A stretch of 64,000 nucleotides of DNA, from IMG/VR virus record IMGVR_UViG_3300027672_001796. The stretch is one strand, 5' to 3'. Source of the stretch: a virus. Taxonomy: Duplodnaviria; Caudoviricetes. Position 1 is the first letter of the stretch, and every line of letters begins with the position of its first letter. Below the pieces are notes generated by a model, which saw nothing but the letters and a program-made list of their open reading frames with translations, made no database searches and was not told the DNA's origin. Made by a program: the position numbers and the translations under genes. Below, piece after piece: positions 46,389 to 57,100 of the stretch.

Positions 46389-46622
46389 ATGTCATCAGAA
46401 ATAATGATTATAATAGGCTTGTTTATAATAGCAAATTCATATTTTAGTTACAAAGCAGGATTTAGAGAAGGTCAATTCGTAGGGATTGCCGGACTTGCAC
46501 TTACACTAAAGATTCACAATATTCTAAAAGACAAATCTACTATACATAACTATGAACTGTTACCGACAGCTATTAAGCAAGTGTTGGAAAATCCAGAAGC
46601 AGTATTAACAGAGAGTAAATAA
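46389..46622 (+). CDS. small membrane protein
   Basis: 77 aa with an N-terminal TM segment; SD AAGGAG. Confidence 0.7.
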   Translation: MSSEIMIIIGLFIIANSYFSYKAGFREGQFVGIAGLALTLKIHNILKDKSTIHNYELLPTAIKQVLENPEAVLTESK

Positions 46623-46624
46623 TT

Positions 46625-47788
46625 TTGGCAAAGCGAAAAGCAAAGAACGTATACTTTACACCAGAACCCGAATGGAAGAAATACGCCGACATAGTCGATC
46701 CTGAAAAACAATTAAAAAGTTTTCGAGACTGCGAGTATTTTGCTAGGACTGAAATCGCAGACAAGAAGAAAGTAGAGCTAACTCGAATTTGGATTAAAGA
46801 ACAATCCAATTGGGACGAAGCAGATATTAAAGCAATCCTTAAAAACCCAGATTGGGTATTTGGAGCTTCAGCAACTAACTTTTATATTGCTCATAAGATA
46901 GGGTTTATGCCAGAAGCGGTATTAGTGCATATTAATACGAGACGGGCTGACTGGATAGAGGCAGGCAACAAGATTATTGAAGAGAAAAAAGAAGCAACTG
47001 CTGAAGCAAAACTAAAACCTGTTATCTCTATACAACAACGAATGCGAGAGCAAGTAGAAAACTTACAAGGTGATTGGGAAGGTAAACTAGATGACTTTAT
47101 AGCCGGCACACAAACACTACCAGACTTCGACCCTTATCAAGATATGCTAGTGTATGCTGGAGGAGTAGTTAAGCCGGCCCATGCAAAAATTATTAGAGAT
47201 AGTGTTGAGCCCCAAATAGCTGAAGCACATGAAATTATTGCTTGGGATTGTGACCAAATTAAAGAAGGCTATTCATTTATGACACCCAAGTTTCGTAAAG
47301 AATATCTTAAATGGTTTCAAAAGATTCAAACAGCATGTGATACATTAATTGAAACAGGTAAAACAACTCGCAAGCCTAGAAAGAAACGTTCAGTAAGCAA
47401 AGAAAAAATGGTTACTAAACTAAAGTTTCAGGTAAACGAAAGCACATTAGGAATTGCAAGTATATCTGCAGAAGAAGTAGTGTATGCCAATGAAGTTTGG
47501 GTATATAATACTAAGTCTAGAAAGATAGGGGTATACAAAGCAAGTCATCCGGATCCTAAAAACATGAAAAGAGAAGGTGCTGGCTTAAAAGTTAAAGGTA
47601 CTACTATCATTGACTTCGATGCAAAGACTAGTGTACAAAAAACATTACGCAAACCAGCAGACCAAATGCCTGTATTTAAATCAAGTGCTAAGACTAAATG
47701 TCAAAAGTTCTTTGAAGAAATTAAAGCAGTAGAAACATCACTCACCGGACGCCTAAACGATACTACAATCATTCTTAAAGCCTTTTAA
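46625..47788 (+). CDS. conserved hypothetical T4-like phage protein
   Basis: 387 aa, TTG start; C-terminal VWVYNTKSRKIGVY...VKGTTI...QKTLRKP...GRLN..TIILKAF. Confidence 0.75.
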   Translation: MAKRKAKNVYFTPEPEWKKYADIVDPEKQLKSFRDCEYFARTEIADKKKVELTRIWIKEQSNWDEADIKAILKNPDWVFGASATNFYIAHKIGFMPEAVLVHINTRRADWIEAGNKIIEEKKEATAEAKLKPVISIQQRMREQVENLQGDWEGKLDDFIAGTQTLPDFDPYQDMLVYAGGVVKPAHAKIIRDSVEPQIAEAHEIIAWDCDQIKEGYSFMTPKFRKEYLKWFQKIQTACDTLIETGKTTRKPRKKRSVSKEKMVTKLKFQVNESTLGIASISAEEVVYANEVWVYNTKSRKIGVYKASHPDPKNMKREGAGLKVKGTTIIDFDAKTSVQKTLRKPADQMPVFKSSAKTKCQKFFEEIKAVETSLTGRLNDTTIILKAF

Positions 47789-47812
47789 TAGCAAAAAGTG
47801 ATAAATAGTTGT

Positions 47813-48580
47813 ATGGCAACTAGAATCGATCAAATAGGTTACAACGACAGACAAGAAATTATTGAAGAGATATCTTTAAGACTTGCTGACGGCATGGTGG
47901 ACGTTGAGTTAGACAGAGCCCATTACGACATAGCAATTAACAAAGCACTTCAAAAATATCGTCAACTGAGCAGTGGTAGTGTAGAAGAAGCAGTTATTTT
48001 TATACAAACTACAGCAGGTGTAGTAGAATACACCCTTCCAGATGAAGTAATTGACGTCAAACGATTATACAGACGTGGTATAGGTACAAACAGCGGCGGC
48101 GGAACAAACTTTGATCCGTTTGATGTTGCGTTTAATAACATGTACATGCTACAAGCAGGGCAAATAGGCGGACTAGCAGTATTTGATGCTTTTGCACAGT
48201 ATAAAGAAACAATTGGTCGAATCTTTGGTAGCGAATACAACTTTACCTTTAATAGAAATAGTAAGCAACTTACTATATTACGAAATGTTAACCATGCAGA
48301 AGATATTGCAGTAGGTGTAAACAATTTTATACCTGAAAGTGTATTGATTAAAGATGTGTATGCAAGTGACTGGTTAAGTAACTATGCACTAGCACAATCT
48401 AAACTAATGTTAGGTGAAGCAAGAAGTAAGTTTACAGGTGGACTACCAGGCCCAGGTGGAGCAATACAGTTAAATGGTGATGCTCTTAAAAATGAAGCAC
48501 TCTCAGAACTAGAGCAATTAGTAGCCGGCATCCATAATATGGAAGAAGGAAATTCCCCTCTAGGTTTTGTGATGGGATAA
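47813..48580 (+). CDS. gp13: neck protein (T4 gp13-like)
   Basis: ISLRLADGMVDVEL, YALAQSKLMLGEARSKF..LPGPGG..QLNG..LK.EA..ELEQL; start moved to ATG 47813. Confidence 0.88.
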   Translation: MATRIDQIGYNDRQEIIEEISLRLADGMVDVELDRAHYDIAINKALQKYRQLSSGSVEEAVIFIQTTAGVVEYTLPDEVIDVKRLYRRGIGTNSGGGTNFDPFDVAFNNMYMLQAGQIGGLAVFDAFAQYKETIGRIFGSEYNFTFNRNSKQLTILRNVNHAEDIAVGVNNFIPESVLIKDVYASDWLSNYALAQSKLMLGEARSKFTGGLPGPGGAIQLNGDALKNEALSELEQLVAGIHNMEEGNSPLGFVMG

Positions 48581-48585
48581 AGATT

Positions 48586-49464
48586 TTGTATACTCCGAAC
48601 GGATGTTACATTGATTTAGATTTACCCTTACCCATTACAGCAGATGAATTATTCGATGAAGTCGATTTTGAGTTCATTAATTGCAAACACCCAGAACAAC
48701 ACAATTTATTTTTCGAAGCATTCAGTACAACAAACATTTTTTGGAATCTTCCTCAAGGTGGCCCAACTCCAGACGGCACACTTGGGTATATAACCAATCC
48801 AGAAATAGTTCAAAGACTCACAGAATACTACCACTTACATTTTGCTATTGATATATTAAATTGGCACCCAGCTTCAAATGTCCCAACTATATCACCGTTT
48901 TCTGTAGTAAAATTCTCCGAGTCATCGCAGTATCATAAAGAAGGAGCGAGTGCCAATCGCCATCACATAGACTCCGACGAATATAAATCTACCTTCTTCG
49001 CCAGATTCCCCTATTGTGTCAACTTTAAACTAATTGGAAATGTTGAAGACTCGTCAGTACATTTTGGCGAGCCATCAGACGATTTGGTCCAAGAAGAAAA
49101 GTTTTTAGAAAAAAAGTTGTTAAATAACACTAAGCGAAGATTAGAAACACACCAGCATCCAGAAAACTATATCGGCGGTGCCCGAAGACGCCAGGCAAAG
49201 TCAAAAAAATATGACTTTGGTGTATTTTATGGCAGGACAGGATTCCATTCTGATATAGAAGAACAAGAATTATTAACAACAAAAGTTGAACGTAAAGGAA
49301 ACTACCAACCATTCATAATAAATGTAGAAGAATGGCACAAAGTTTTATTACATACGCAAGACGAGGCACGAGTAACATTAAGATTCATGGGATCCGAACG
49401 TTATAAGTTTAATGAATTAGAAGAACTACAAAAAAATAAAAAATTATTGGCAAAGACAAAATGA
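48586..49464 (+). CDS. 2OG-Fe(II) oxygenase / cupin-like protein 1
   Basis: YHKEG (H-x-E), VNFKL, distal EWHKV, ARVTLRF: a double-stranded beta-helix (DSBH)-type motif set. Confidence 0.5.
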   Translation: MYTPNGCYIDLDLPLPITADELFDEVDFEFINCKHPEQHNLFFEAFSTTNIFWNLPQGGPTPDGTLGYITNPEIVQRLTEYYHLHFAIDILNWHPASNVPTISPFSVVKFSESSQYHKEGASANRHHIDSDEYKSTFFARFPYCVNFKLIGNVEDSSVHFGEPSDDLVQEEKFLEKKLLNNTKRRLETHQHPENYIGGARRRQAKSKKYDFGVFYGRTGFHSDIEEQELLTTKVERKGNYQPFIINVEEWHKVLLHTQDEARVTLRFMGSERYKFNELEELQKNKKLLAKTK

Positions 49465-50300
49465 GCGACAACCACTTTCAATTACCATCCTCGGAGCTAG
49501 ATCCAATTTTTACTTTTGCTAAAGATTGTTTTACTCGTAGCTACGAACGTTTCACTGGAGATGTAAATGAATTTAATCGAAACGGTAACAATGATTTCTT
49601 TATAACCGAACATGCGATGGGCTACATATACCTGTGGAAAACAGGTGTAATAAACAAGTTAGTTAAAGACCTCCAAAATAAGTTGACAATTCCGGTACAT
49701 GACGTTATAATTTTACATACACCGGCCTACGGTTCATACCAATGGCATAATGAAGGAATGGAATATACTGACAATGCACCAGAGCAATACAGAAAAGCCG
49801 TTAGAGCAACAAGACGCTCAGTTGCACTTAACTATCCAGTTTCGGAGTCAGACTTGTCTAACAGTAAAGTTGAATGGGCCCAAGCCAGTGATAGGGTAAG
49901 CGAATTGTTAATAGAAGGATACAGTAACATAATGGATAGCGTTGGACTAAATCCTCCACAAGCAATGATAGAAAGCCATATAAGATTACGTTCTGCTACA
50001 ATGCCAGATTCAGATATAACTGACATGGCTGAAATGCTATATATCACACATGATAGTGGCGAAGGTGTAAGAATTAAATCAGGGCACAGTATTGTGTATG
50101 ATAATCATGATGAGTTACTTACTAAAGTAGATGAGTATTACGGAATGCCAGTACCTACATTAATAAGAACGAATCAGTGGCACAGGATAGATAACACTCA
50201 GGTCGAGGAAGATAGAAATATGGGATCAATAAGTTTTGATCCAGATTATTCATACTTCGATATTAAGAAGTTAATTATGGATAACGAGTTTATAAAATGA
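49461..50300 (+). CDS. 2OG-Fe(II) oxygenase / cupin-like protein 2
   Basis: WHNEG (H-x-E), ALNYPV, PTLIRTNQWHRI, DRNMGSISF; ATGA-coupled. Confidence 0.5.
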   Translation: MSDNHFQLPSSELDPIFTFAKDCFTRSYERFTGDVNEFNRNGNNDFFITEHAMGYIYLWKTGVINKLVKDLQNKLTIPVHDVIILHTPAYGSYQWHNEGMEYTDNAPEQYRKAVRATRRSVALNYPVSESDLSNSKVEWAQASDRVSELLIEGYSNIMDSVGLNPPQAMIESHIRLRSATMPDSDITDMAEMLYITHDSGEGVRIKSGHSIVYDNHDELLTKVDEYYGMPVPTLIRTNQWHRIDNTQVEEDRNMGSISFDPDYSYFDIKKLIMDNEFIK

Positions 50301-50953
50301 TAATAGGAATAACTGGACTAATAGGATCGGGCAAAGATACTGTTGCAAACTTTTTTGTTAATAGAGGATGCCTGCAGGATAGTTTTGCTTCACCACTTAA
50401 AGATGTGTGTGCTTCTATATTTGGCTGGAATAGAACAGACTTAGAAGGCGACACAACCGATAGTAGAGATTTTAGAGAAACTCCGGATATGTTTTGGACA
50501 CGCAAATTAGGTATAGACAATTTTACTCCCAGACTAGCATTACAACTTATGGGTACTGAAGTAATGCGTAACCACTTTCATAAAGATATATGGATTGACA
50601 GTTTAGAATATAGAATGCGTAGAGCAGAACAAGACCACCCATGTGTTGTTATTAGTGATACTAGATTTACAAACGAGCTAGATTTAATTAAACGTTTAGG
50701 TGGAGTTGTGATTAATGTTGAACGTGGCGAAAAGCCTGAGTGGTATAAAACGGCTACTAACGCCAATACTGGGCATGTACCATCACAACACATGATGCAC
50801 ACCCGATATAAAGATGTGCATTTAAGTGAATGGAATTGGATCGGCTATGACTTTGACCACATAATTACAAACGACGACACGTTAGACATGTTACAAACTG
50901 ATGTAGACTTTTTACATGAACTTATTACAGCAAACGATAACGAAAACACATGA
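50297..50953 (+). CDS. deoxynucleoside monophosphate kinase (T4 gp1-like)
   Basis: MIIGITGLIGSGKDT P-loop, SFASPLKD, TPRLALQLMGTE..R, VVISDTRF.NE, H.SE. Confidence 0.92.
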   Translation: MIIGITGLIGSGKDTVANFFVNRGCLQDSFASPLKDVCASIFGWNRTDLEGDTTDSRDFRETPDMFWTRKLGIDNFTPRLALQLMGTEVMRNHFHKDIWIDSLEYRMRRAEQDHPCVVISDTRFTNELDLIKRLGGVVINVERGEKPEWYKTATNANTGHVPSQHMMHTRYKDVHLSEWNWIGYDFDHIITNDDTLDMLQTDVDFLHELITANDNENT

Positions 50954-51834
50954 ACGACACTGATCCCGATTGGCTGTTAAGATATTCGCATATTGCGAAA
51001 AACGTAGATGAATTCATTAATCATCCGCTTATGCAACAGCCAAAGATAAAAGAATACATAGAAAAAAATGATATATTATTCCTAGACGATTCCGAGTTCG
51101 GCGCCAACGAAATAGCGGACATAAACAACATAGACTATATTCAAGATATTAAGCACATGTATGATGTAGTTAAAGACAAATCAGTACTAGAAATAGCATG
51201 TGGTAATGTTCGTTTTATAAAAGGGATATACAATGCATATGGTATTAAATCGTTTACAGGAGTAGAACCGTATGAACAATGGTGTAACGGAGGCTCAGTA
51301 CAACTTACAAAATCTGCTAACTTCAAATGGGATATGGTACATAGTAGGTATGAGGATTATGTAGTAACAGAAGTGCCAGATGTAGTTGTTTGTTGTGGAT
51401 TATTATATCATTTAAGTAGTCCATTTCATTTGTTGGAATGGCTAGCTAATACCAATGCTGAATATATAATACTTGAAACAACTGGAACTGTAGAACACAC
51501 CTCTGGTAAAGGCACTACTCAAAATACTATGGAAAGAGTTAATGCTCAAATAAGTGAAGCAGGTGGACTTAAAGAGTGGATACAAGGCACCGATTTCCGC
51601 AATACAATTTATAGGCTTGGCTATGAGAAAACAGATGCGCCTGGTAATTCTTTCCATAATACATTACGGAGTGTCCCATTCATGTTGCACGGAGTAGGAA
51701 ATGACGTGATAGTATTATCATTCTCAGAAATGGGGTATGACCTAGACGCATCACATGAACGTTATGATAGTCTTGAATTCAGCAAAATGACTACTACTAC
51801 ATATCGCTTTAAACGTAACGATACAACAAAATAA
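50950..51834 (+). CDS. class I SAM-dependent methyltransferase
   Basis: VLEIACG motif I, TGVEP, DVVVCCGLLYHLSSP. Confidence 0.85.
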   Translation: MNDTDPDWLLRYSHIAKNVDEFINHPLMQQPKIKEYIEKNDILFLDDSEFGANEIADINNIDYIQDIKHMYDVVKDKSVLEIACGNVRFIKGIYNAYGIKSFTGVEPYEQWCNGGSVQLTKSANFKWDMVHSRYEDYVVTEVPDVVVCCGLLYHLSSPFHLLEWLANTNAEYIILETTGTVEHTSGKGTTQNTMERVNAQISEAGGLKEWIQGTDFRNTIYRLGYEKTDAPGNSFHNTLRSVPFMLHGVGNDVIVLSFSEMGYDLDASHERYDSLEFSKMTTTTYRFKRNDTTK

Positions 51835-51951
51835 ATCGTATTTATCAAAACCTTCCAAATTTCTTGTACCCCGCCTTGTAATAATACCTTTTCTACGCTT
51901 TTTTGATAAATATTCGTATAATTAGATTCATATACCAAAGGAGAATATAAT

Positions 51952-54732
51952 ATGGCTACATTAGTATCACCAGGTGTTTCCATTAGTGTATCAGACGAAT
52001 CGTTCTATGCCGCGGCAGGAACAGGATCAGTACCGTTAATAATTATAGCGACTGCACAGGACAAGAAAACTCCTGACGGTTTAAGTACTGCGTCAAATAC
52101 AACTAAGTTAGGAGCTGGAAAATTAAAACTTATTACTAGTCAACGAGAATTGCTACAAACATATGGTAACCCATTGTTTCATAAAAGTGGTTCAGTTGCA
52201 CTAAACGGATATGATCTCAACGAATACGGGTTATTAGCCGCACACAGTTTCTTAGGACTTGCCAACAGAGCATACGTTTTAAGAGCTGACATTGACTTAG
52301 GCGACCTTAAAGCAGACAGCAAGGCACCAACTGGCGCAATCGCAGACGGTACTTACTGGCTTGACACTACAAGTTCTTTATTAGGACTTAGAGAATGGTC
52401 AGGTACAGCTTGGACTAAAAAATCAGTATCAGTTGTAGATTCAACACAAATAGATTCCGGAACAGCAGGACCTAAAAGGTCATTTGGATTAAATGGCGAC
52501 TATGCCGTTGTAGCCAATACAGCCGCTGGCGGAACAGCAACACAAGTAAAATATTACGAAAAATACAGTAATGACTGGTACCAAGTTGGTACTGCAAGTT
52601 GGGTTAGTGCTACTAGTAGCGACTTCCAATTTAAAACTCATTTAGCTGTGCCTACATTACAGTCAGACGGAGTTACATCTCTTTCTACAGGTGATGTTTT
52701 CATTCAAACTACTACACCAAACACTGGTGCAAGTTTAAGTGTTAAGAGCTACAGCTTATCAAAGAAAACTTTCAGTACAGTAAGTACTCCATTATACGCT
52801 ACAACAGACTTGGCATATACCGATATTGGTATGGCTAACGTTGCTGTTGGAAGTCTTGTAGGAATTACAGGCGGAACTGAAGCAGAAGTTGATTTAAAAA
52901 GACATAACGGAACTAAAACTGTTATCGCAACGAGCACAGCTATTTCTAGCTTAGACGTTTCAGGTAACTCTAGCTTTGATATTGTTTATAACGGCACAAC
53001 TGTTGTTGTAACATTAGCTGGTACTATATCAGGAACTCCTGCAACTTCAACAGCCGATGATGCTATTTTTGACATCAACGCGGCATTGGCGGCGGCAAGT
53101 GTTACTGAAGTAATAGCAAGTTCAGGTACAGTAACTAATACAGTTGTACTAACTTCAAGCACTGGTAGAGATATTAAATTGCAAAGCAACCACGCAGACT
53201 TTGGTCCAAGTTCAGTAGGATTTGGCGCACAGGCAGTGGCGGCTAGCATTACATATACTAACTTTGCGGCACTAAGCTATCAAGCAAGTAAAACTACATT
53301 AACTGGTACATTAGCACAAGGTACATATTGGTACAATGCTACTGTTTCTAACACTTCAATTGATATGTTAGAGCATAACGGCTCAACTTGGGTAACTTTA
53401 ACAAAAGACTTCCAAGCTAAAGCAACTGCTCCAACATTACAATCAGACGCAACAGCACTAGTGGCTGGTGATGTATGGTTAGATTCAGACGATACTGAAA
53501 ACTTCCCTTCCCTGAACAAATGGTCAGGAACAGCTTGGGTGGCAGTAGTTGGATCAGATCAAGTAACAGCAGACGGTGTTGTATTTGGTGACTTCAGACA
53601 GTCAACTGCAGGTTCTTTAGATGCTGACGCTCCGGCGGCTAGCAAATACCCAAGTGGAATTTTAGCTTGGAACAAAAGAGCTTCAGCTGGTAACGTAAAA
53701 GAGTACAAACTCAATTACACACCTGCTTCAACAAACATTGGTAATGTTTGGGTTGATGCTTCTGGAAACAAAGCAGACGGTAACATGTTTGGACTAAGAA
53801 AAGCAGTACATAACTTAGTTAAAACTAAAATGCAAGGCGCAATAGCATCTAATGATGACATTAGATCAGAAGTTAATGCGTTTAATATTATAGCGGCTCC
53901 AGGTTTTCCTGAAATGCTAGACGAGATGATTACACTAAGCACAGACAGAAGAAATACTGCCTTTGTAATTGGTGACAGTCCTTTCAGACTTAAAGCAGAC
54001 GCAACTAGTACTACTGCATGGGCAACCAACAGTGGTAAAGCAAGTGAAAACGGCGAAGACGGACTTGTTTCAAGTTCACCTTACGCGGCTATTTACTACC
54101 CTAGTGCATTAACAACTAACCTAGACGGAACTAACGTAGTTGTTCCTTCAAGTCATGTTGCTTTAAGAACTATTGCATATAACGATAACGTTTCTTATCC
54201 TTGGTTTGCACCAGCTGGCTTCCAAAGAGGACTAGTAAATAACGCAACTAGCGTTGGTTATGTAGATCCTACTTCAGGCGAGTATGTTAGTGTAACACTT
54301 AATGAAGGACAAAGAGATACTTTATATCAAAACAAAATTAACCCTATTGCTTCTTTCCCAGGAAGAGGACTTGCAGTATTTGGTCAGAAAACTCTGAACC
54401 CAAGTGCTAGTGCATTAGATAGAGTTAACGTTGCTAGACTTATGGTTTACATCAGAGAAAGACTTGATGATATCGTTAAACCTTTCTTGTTTGAACCGAA
54501 TGATTCAGTTGTAAGAGCAAATGCTAAAAATACTGTTGATAGACTATTATCACAGTTAATCACACAGCGTGGTTTAGTTGACTTTATCACAGTTTGTGAT
54601 AGCTCAAACAATACAGCGGCTAGAATAGACAGAAACGAACTTTACATTGACATTGCAGTACAGCCAATGAAAGCAGTTGAGTTTATTTACATTCCGATTA
54701 GAATCCAGAACACTTTGGGCTCTACAGCGTAA
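51952..54732 (+). CDS. gp18: tail sheath protein (T4 gp18-like)
   Basis: LVSPGVSISVSDES, LNEYGL, YPWFAPAG..RG, RDTLYQNKINPI..FPGRG..VFGQKTL, DRVNVARL, IDRNELYIDIAVQP.KAVEFIYI; late promoter at 51905-51912. Confidence 0.97.
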   Translation: MATLVSPGVSISVSDESFYAAAGTGSVPLIIIATAQDKKTPDGLSTASNTTKLGAGKLKLITSQRELLQTYGNPLFHKSGSVALNGYDLNEYGLLAAHSFLGLANRAYVLRADIDLGDLKADSKAPTGAIADGTYWLDTTSSLLGLREWSGTAWTKKSVSVVDSTQIDSGTAGPKRSFGLNGDYAVVANTAAGGTATQVKYYEKYSNDWYQVGTASWVSATSSDFQFKTHLAVPTLQSDGVTSLSTGDVFIQTTTPNTGASLSVKSYSLSKKTFSTVSTPLYATTDLAYTDIGMANVAVGSLVGITGGTEAEVDLKRHNGTKTVIATSTAISSLDVSGNSSFDIVYNGTTVVVTLAGTISGTPATSTADDAIFDINAALAAASVTEVIASSGTVTNTVVLTSSTGRDIKLQSNHADFGPSSVGFGAQAVAASITYTNFAALSYQASKTTLTGTLAQGTYWYNATVSNTSIDMLEHNGSTWVTLTKDFQAKATAPTLQSDATALVAGDVWLDSDDTENFPSLNKWSGTAWVAVVGSDQVTADGVVFGDFRQSTAGSLDADAPAASKYPSGILAWNKRASAGNVKEYKLNYTPASTNIGNVWVDASGNKADGNMFGLRKAVHNLVKTKMQGAIASNDDIRSEVNAFNIIAAPGFPEMLDEMITLSTDRRNTAFVIGDSPFRLKADATSTTAWATNSGKASENGEDGLVSSSPYAAIYYPSALTTNLDGTNVVVPSSHVALRTIAYNDNVSYPWFAPAGFQRGLVNNATSVGYVDPTSGEYVSVTLNEGQRDTLYQNKINPIASFPGRGLAVFGQKTLNPSASALDRVNVARLMVYIRERLDDIVKPFLFEPNDSVVRANAKNTVDRLLSQLITQRGLVDFITVCDSSNNTAARIDRNELYIDIAVQPMKAVEFIYIPIRIQNTLGSTA

Positions 54733-54747
54733 GACAGTAGTAATACT

Positions 54748-54777
54748 AAAGAAAGGGCTTAATTGCCCTTTCTTTTT
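54748..54777 (+). terminator. intrinsic terminator after sheath
   Basis: AAAGAAAGGGC-TTAATT-GCCCTTTCTTT plus TT. Confidence 0.9.
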
Positions 54778-54885
54778 GGGTCTATTAAACTACTGTTTAA
54801 TATTTTTGCAACGAATATGATAAATAAGTATTAACAATAATCCTATAAATTATATTTAGGATATATGGTTTAGGAGAATAAACAA

Positions 54886-55527
54886 ATGGCAATAGATAAC
54901 AAAACACTAGATAAATTTGGTGTACCAACAACTGGAGCAACCGGCACCGGCATTTTGATGCCTAAACTCAAGTTTAGATTTAGGGTGATGTTCTATGCAG
55001 GATTTGGTAATGGCGCTGAAACATTAGCAATTACACAAAATGTGCAAAACGTTACTAGACCTAAAGTTGCGTATGAAGAAGTAATGATCGATAGTTACAA
55101 TTCAAAAGTATACGTTCAAGGCAAACATGCTTGGGAACCTATTACGGTTGTAATCAGAGACGACATCAGAAATACAGTAGCTAAGGCAGTTGGCGAGCAG
55201 AACAACAGACAGTTAAATCACTTTAATCAAGCGGCGGCGGTTTCCGGTGCAGATTACAAATTTGATATGGCTATTGAAGTTCTAGACGGACAGTCAGCTG
55301 ATGCAACAGAATCTTGGGCACTAGAAGGATGTTTCATTACTCAAACAGATTACAGTGATTCAGACTACTCAACTAATGAGCCAGTACAGATTACTATGAC
55401 AATCAGATTTGATAATGCGATACATCAAGATGGTTCAAAAAATACTATTACTGATAACACCCAAGGAATTGGCGGTTTAAGTAGTGATACAACGAAATAC
55501 ACAACTGGCGGATCAACTGGTACCTAA
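54886..55527 (+). CDS. gp19: tail tube protein (T4 gp19-like)
   Basis: MPKLKFRFRV, VTRPKV, GKHAWEPITV..RDD, W.LEGCFI....YSDSDYS.NEPVQITMTIRFDNA; late promoter at 54819-54826. Confidence 0.92.
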   Translation: MAIDNKTLDKFGVPTTGATGTGILMPKLKFRFRVMFYAGFGNGAETLAITQNVQNVTRPKVAYEEVMIDSYNSKVYVQGKHAWEPITVVIRDDIRNTVAKAVGEQNNRQLNHFNQAAAVSGADYKFDMAIEVLDGQSADATESWALEGCFITQTDYSDSDYSTNEPVQITMTIRFDNAIHQDGSKNTITDNTQGIGGLSSDTTKYTTGGSTGT

Positions 55528-55599
55528 AATATTTAATTTTGTGAGGTTAGACAACTAGCCTCACATATTATTTAAATACTAGACCCACAAGAGGATTTC

Positions 55600-56664
55600 A
55601 TGGGAACTATTAATGATATCATATATGACGCGGCCGGTAACATACTTACCGATGCTGTACGCGACTCTCTCGGCATGAGGGGAATGTTCAATGGGTATGC
55701 AGGATTCAAAGGGTATGATAGAGACGACTCTCATCCATCACAATACTTTTTAAAAGCACCACAAGAAGCTGACCAATTTAAACCGTCAAACAATCCAGTA
55801 AGACAAAAGTTTAATGGTTATGTTAACTTTGTTTTTAACTCAGCTCTATACCCCAATTCAGAACACATGAATCCCTCTGCAGAATTTACAAATAAATTAA
55901 GTAGTTTAGTAAGAACAGCTACTATGCCTTCGGCAGAATTTGCCACAGCAGTACAAAATCAATATAATAGAAAACGTATAACAGTTTCATCTGTTGACTA
56001 TAAGCCTGTACAAATTGCTGTGTTTGACACAGTAGATAGTGTATGGGTTGCTATGTTAATGAGAATGTATGCACATTTATTCACTAACCCTACTAATTTG
56101 TATCCCGGCAGTGGTGAAACAAATAAATCTGTTATTGAAAATGATATTGTTCCAGAAATAGTTGCTTCAGGTGATGGTAACGGAACATCGGGTAGTTTTA
56201 ATAGACCATTTAACAGTAACTCCGCAGGCTTAAATTTACAGCCAGCACAAGAACGTAACTTTATTACTAGTATAGACATTGTACAGTATCATGGAGGACG
56301 AGCAATTAAGTATACATTATTTAATCCTATGATAACATCATTTGAAATCGACGGAATAGATTATAGCGATTCATCTGCTAACCAGATTAATTTAAATATT
56401 GAATATGAAAATTTTACTATAGATCCTGATATAAATGCATTTATTGAAGAAGACGACTTAAAAAGATTTTCAGACTTTAATAAGAAAGAATGGGAAGTAG
56501 CACAAAAAGGAAACGCTCAGTCTCTGCCGACAGTTGGTAATAACTATGTGTACCCATTAGATTTACACGAACGAAAAGTAGAATTTTTAAATGGAGTATC
56601 TAGAAGAGAGCAAGTAGATTTTTTATCTTCGTTCGCAAGTAGCAATGATCAAGGCGATCTGTAA
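55600..56664 (+). CDS. tube-like baseplate / tail tube initiator (gp48/gp54-like)
   Basis: PVRQKF..YVNF, LVRTATMP, NQYNRKRI....VDY.PV.I..FD, L.NP.ITSF....DYS. Confidence 0.7.
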   Translation: MGTINDIIYDAAGNILTDAVRDSLGMRGMFNGYAGFKGYDRDDSHPSQYFLKAPQEADQFKPSNNPVRQKFNGYVNFVFNSALYPNSEHMNPSAEFTNKLSSLVRTATMPSAEFATAVQNQYNRKRITVSSVDYKPVQIAVFDTVDSVWVAMLMRMYAHLFTNPTNLYPGSGETNKSVIENDIVPEIVASGDGNGTSGSFNRPFNSNSAGLNLQPAQERNFITSIDIVQYHGGRAIKYTLFNPMITSFEIDGIDYSDSSANQINLNIEYENFTIDPDINAFIEEDDLKRFSDFNKKEWEVAQKGNAQSLPTVGNNYVYPLDLHERKVEFLNGVSRREQVDFLSSFASSNDQGDL

Positions 56665-57098
56665 TGTCTACTAGTTTATATGAAACATTCGGTAACGAAG
56701 TAAGTTACGAAGTTCGCAAAGACAAACTTGTTAAGTTTTTAGAAAACTCTACTATAGCATTTCCAATACCAGAAGCAAGTGTCGAGATACTAACAACAAT
56801 GTTAGGAAAACAAAACGCTGGAATGAATGGCGATGAAATCGACTTAATATATAACAGACTTACTAGTATTGGCTTTAACAACGCAACAGGTAAAACACTT
56901 GCAGTTGCACTAATACAAATTGCTAAACAGCAAGGTGTACATCCTATGGAGTACTTTGAAATAAACGAATCTTCTATTAAGTTAGCAGAATCTACATACA
57001 AATCCATAAATAAAATTAGACCAAAAGGCAATCTTATTGGTTTAACAGTTTCCAAATCAAATAGGCAGAGCAAACTAGCAAACGTAATCAGGCCTTAA
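56664..57098 (+). CDS. hypothetical tail-module protein
   Basis: 144 aa, TAATG-coupled. Confidence 0.7.
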   Translation: MSTSLYETFGNEVSYEVRKDKLVKFLENSTIAFPIPEASVEILTTMLGKQNAGMNGDEIDLIYNRLTSIGFNNATGKTLAVALIQIAKQQGVHPMEYFEINESSIKLAESTYKSINKIRPKGNLIGLTVSKSNRQSKLANVIRP

Positions 57099-57100
57099 CA

